64,000 bases of DNA, taken from NCBI GenBank assembly GCA_027619975.1, contig JAQCGX010000004.1, positions 25,508 to 89,507 on the forward strand. Reading direction: 5' to 3'. The position numbers were made by a program, and so were the translations under genes. This document shows positions 62,307 to 64,000 of the stretch, piece after piece (position 1 is the stretch's first letter; every line of letters begins with the position of its first letter). This DNA comes from Nitrospinota bacterium. Lineage in GTDB: Bacteria > Nitrospinota > Nitrospinia > Nitrospinales > VA-1. The notes beneath the pieces were generated by a model that saw only the letters and a list, made by a program, of their open reading frames with translations, was not told the origin of the DNA and searched no databases.

Positions 62307-64000
62307 GCCACCGCAATCAGGGTTTGTGTCGTGCGTTTCAAGGTAGAACTCTCCTCGAATTGACGCAATTTCGCCGTTATAAAATTAGGAATTTTAGAAC
62401 TCAGAGAGTTTGCCTGCCGATTGCTGGCACTATCTCCCGGCCCTGATTCCAGAATTCGGTTCAACTGTTTATCGAGTAGAGGGAGAATACCGTTTTCAGG
62501 ATTGTTTAACAAGTCCAACACTTCTTCGGAGTTGATATTCAATGCCCGGTCAAGTTTTTCCCGGTCGACGACGAAGGTGTCATCCTGCAAAGTTTTAATA
62601 CCGATCGAAGTCAGCCTTTGAATGAGGGTTCGTTCGGCACTCTGGATAGAAGGAGTCCCTCCGCTTTTAAGAGCGCTGATCACAGAGGACAGAGTCTGCT
62701 CCTGCACACGGTTTTTATCCGTATTTTGCACGTCGATGCCAATCAGCCCTGGATATTCTCTTTTGCCGCGCACGGCATCAATGTTGCCGTTCCGCTGGTT
62801 CAGTTGTCTGGTTTTTTCCTGAGGGGATTCCACAAGGTGCTCGCGGATTCTCTGAATTTGCTGGTCACTTTGAAAGGTTCGGGATTGCGCCAGAAGATCG
62901 TTCAGGGTGATGACGGCGGCATTGAACTGTCCAAATAAAGTTTGGATTTTAGAAACCACGTCCGAGGCGTCGATAAAAATACGGACCTCGGCTTGTCGTT
63001 CGGAAGTCTGCTTGACGGTCAGGGTGGTATCTTCAGCAACGTTTTGAAAGGTATTAGAAGCGCTGGTGACGGGTTGCCCATCCACCTCAATTTGTGCGCT
63101 TTCAGGGCTCTTGTTCAAATTAACCGGAGGGTTGCCGGAATCGTACTGGCGCTCCCTCAATACGGAGTTCCCTTTTCGGTCGCTTTCGAAAAACCCCAGC
63201 GCCAGAAGAACATCATCCTCATCACGCAAATCGATGCGTGTATCGCTCCCCGTAAGACTGGTAAACACCAGTCGATTTTCGCGAACGGAGGCAACCACTT
63301 TTGTTTCGGCGCTGCCGCCATCCAGCCGCTCGTTATTGTTGCTGTCTTCAGTTGGGTCTAAAGCTCCATCGCCATCTGTATCTTCATTGACATACACCCC
63401 CGGTCCAAATGTGGAGCCGGCCACGCTATACGTTTCCAGGACAGCATTGCCGTTTAAATCTTCCGCCCTGTCCAAAGCCCCGTTGTGATTCTGGTCTTCG
63501 CCAAAATTGATTTTATTTCTTATATCGAAAACGGAATCCGAGGATTCCACGGTGACCTTGGTTCCGTTGATGAAAAAACTTCCCGAAAGCCCTAAAGCGC
63601 CCGTTGTTTGCGCATCGGACACCAGAACATCGACCTGAGCCAACCGGTCCGCTCGAACCGAAAAATTGGTCACCGGGCTGTTCTTTCCCGTTGCCACCTG
63701 GACCACGCCGCGCTTGGAAGACTTGCCACTGCGAAAATTCAAGGCGTCCTCCCCCTGCAATCGGGACACCCGGCTCTGCAGATTTTGCAAAGTGCTCTTC
63801 AGATCGTTGAGCCGGTCCCGTTTCAATTCGAGAAACCGTGACGTTTGCTCCAGACCATCGGCAATCGGGAGGCGTTGAGAGCTGGAACTTTGCGACAAAA
63901 TTTTTACCGCATCCGCCGCCCGAAGTCTGGAGAAAGGCCCGGTCGCCTCCAGAGAATTGATTCCTGCCGAAGATTTATTGACGGAATCGAACAGAATATC
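62303..64000 (-). CDS. fliD: flagellar filament capping protein FliD (5' end outside the window)
   Basis: The frame stays open for all 34 codons upstream of the track's TTG to the window edge. ...VVQVATGKNSPVTNFSVRADRLAQVDVL...GLSGSFFINGTKVTVESSDSVFDIRNKIN is the typical FliD pattern. Confidence 0.75.
   Translation of the reverse strand, partial: DILFDSVNKSSAGINSLEATGPFSRLRAADAVKILSQSSSSQRLPIADGLEQTSRFLELKRDRLNDLKSTLQNLQSRVSRLQGEDALNFRSGKSSKRGVVQVATGKNSPVTNFSVRADRLAQVDVLVSDAQTTGALGLSGSFFINGTKVTVESSDSVFDIRNKINFGEDQNHNGALDRAEDLNGNAVLETYSVAGSTFGPGVYVNEDTDGDGALDPTEDSNNNERLDGGSAETKVVASVRENRLVFTSLTGSDTRIDLRDEDDVLLALGFFESDRKGNSVLRERQYDSGNPPVNLNKSPESAQIEVDGQPVTSASNTFQNVAEDTTLTVKQTSERQAEVRIFIDASDVVSKIQTLFGQFNAAVITLNDLLAQSRTFQSDQQIQRIREHLVESPQEKTRQLNQRNGNIDAVRGKREYPGLIGIDVQNTDKNRVQEQTLSSVISALKSGGTPSIQSAERTLIQRLTSIGIKTLQDDTFVVDREKLDRALNINSEEVLDLLNNPENGILPLLDKQLNRILESGPGDSASNRQANSLSSKIPNFITAKLRQFEESSTLKRTTQTLIAVA

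Overview
This 64-kb chromosomal window comes from a flagellated, diderm bacterium; I cannot assign the lineage from sequence alone. All calls rest on reading the six-frame track and the DNA by eye, with no database search. About 70 genes are visible and most are ordinary housekeeping: mpl, valS, pepF, dacB, leuCD, a fused aroD-aroE, tRNA-Phe, csrA-fliW, a fliD-flgN-like flagellar cluster, ABC permeases, an ABC-F ATPase, and an SbcCD/YhaON-like pair. Four layers are not ordinary. (1) Five copies of an unnamed non-autonomous element have 17-bp terminal inverted repeats (GGGCATCTCTAAAAATT), 4-bp target-site duplications and exact sizes of 175 or 221 bp. They sit precisely on start or stop codons. 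One copy carries a nested second MITE. Three copies carry a 45-46-nt hairpin cassette inserted in one of two core hairpins. (2) A tightly coupled five-gene PspA/IM30 operon runs hypothetical, J-domain protein, YbjN/DUF2170-like, PspA, DUF4178. About 34 kb away lies a lipoprotein, double-DUF350, membrane aminopropyltransferase cluster. Together they resemble a split and rewired E. coli yjfIJKLMC locus, and the J-domain gene suggests Hsp70 recruitment to PspA. (3) Several genes have irregular structure. dacB has a signal peptide and SxxK motif upstream of any canonical start codon, so ATT initiation is likely. A FecR-domain gene is split by one in-frame TAG. A CHASE2 sensor gene is truncated against the 3' end of tRNA-Phe. 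(4) Several architectures are unusual: a GxxExxY gene enclosed by 26-bp inverted CGCAAAG triplets, a secreted RNI-type LRR protein coupled to an FGE-family protein, a four-module Cys-loop secreted protein, and FliD with calcium-loop-like inserts. No rRNA, CRISPR array, transposase or integrase was seen.
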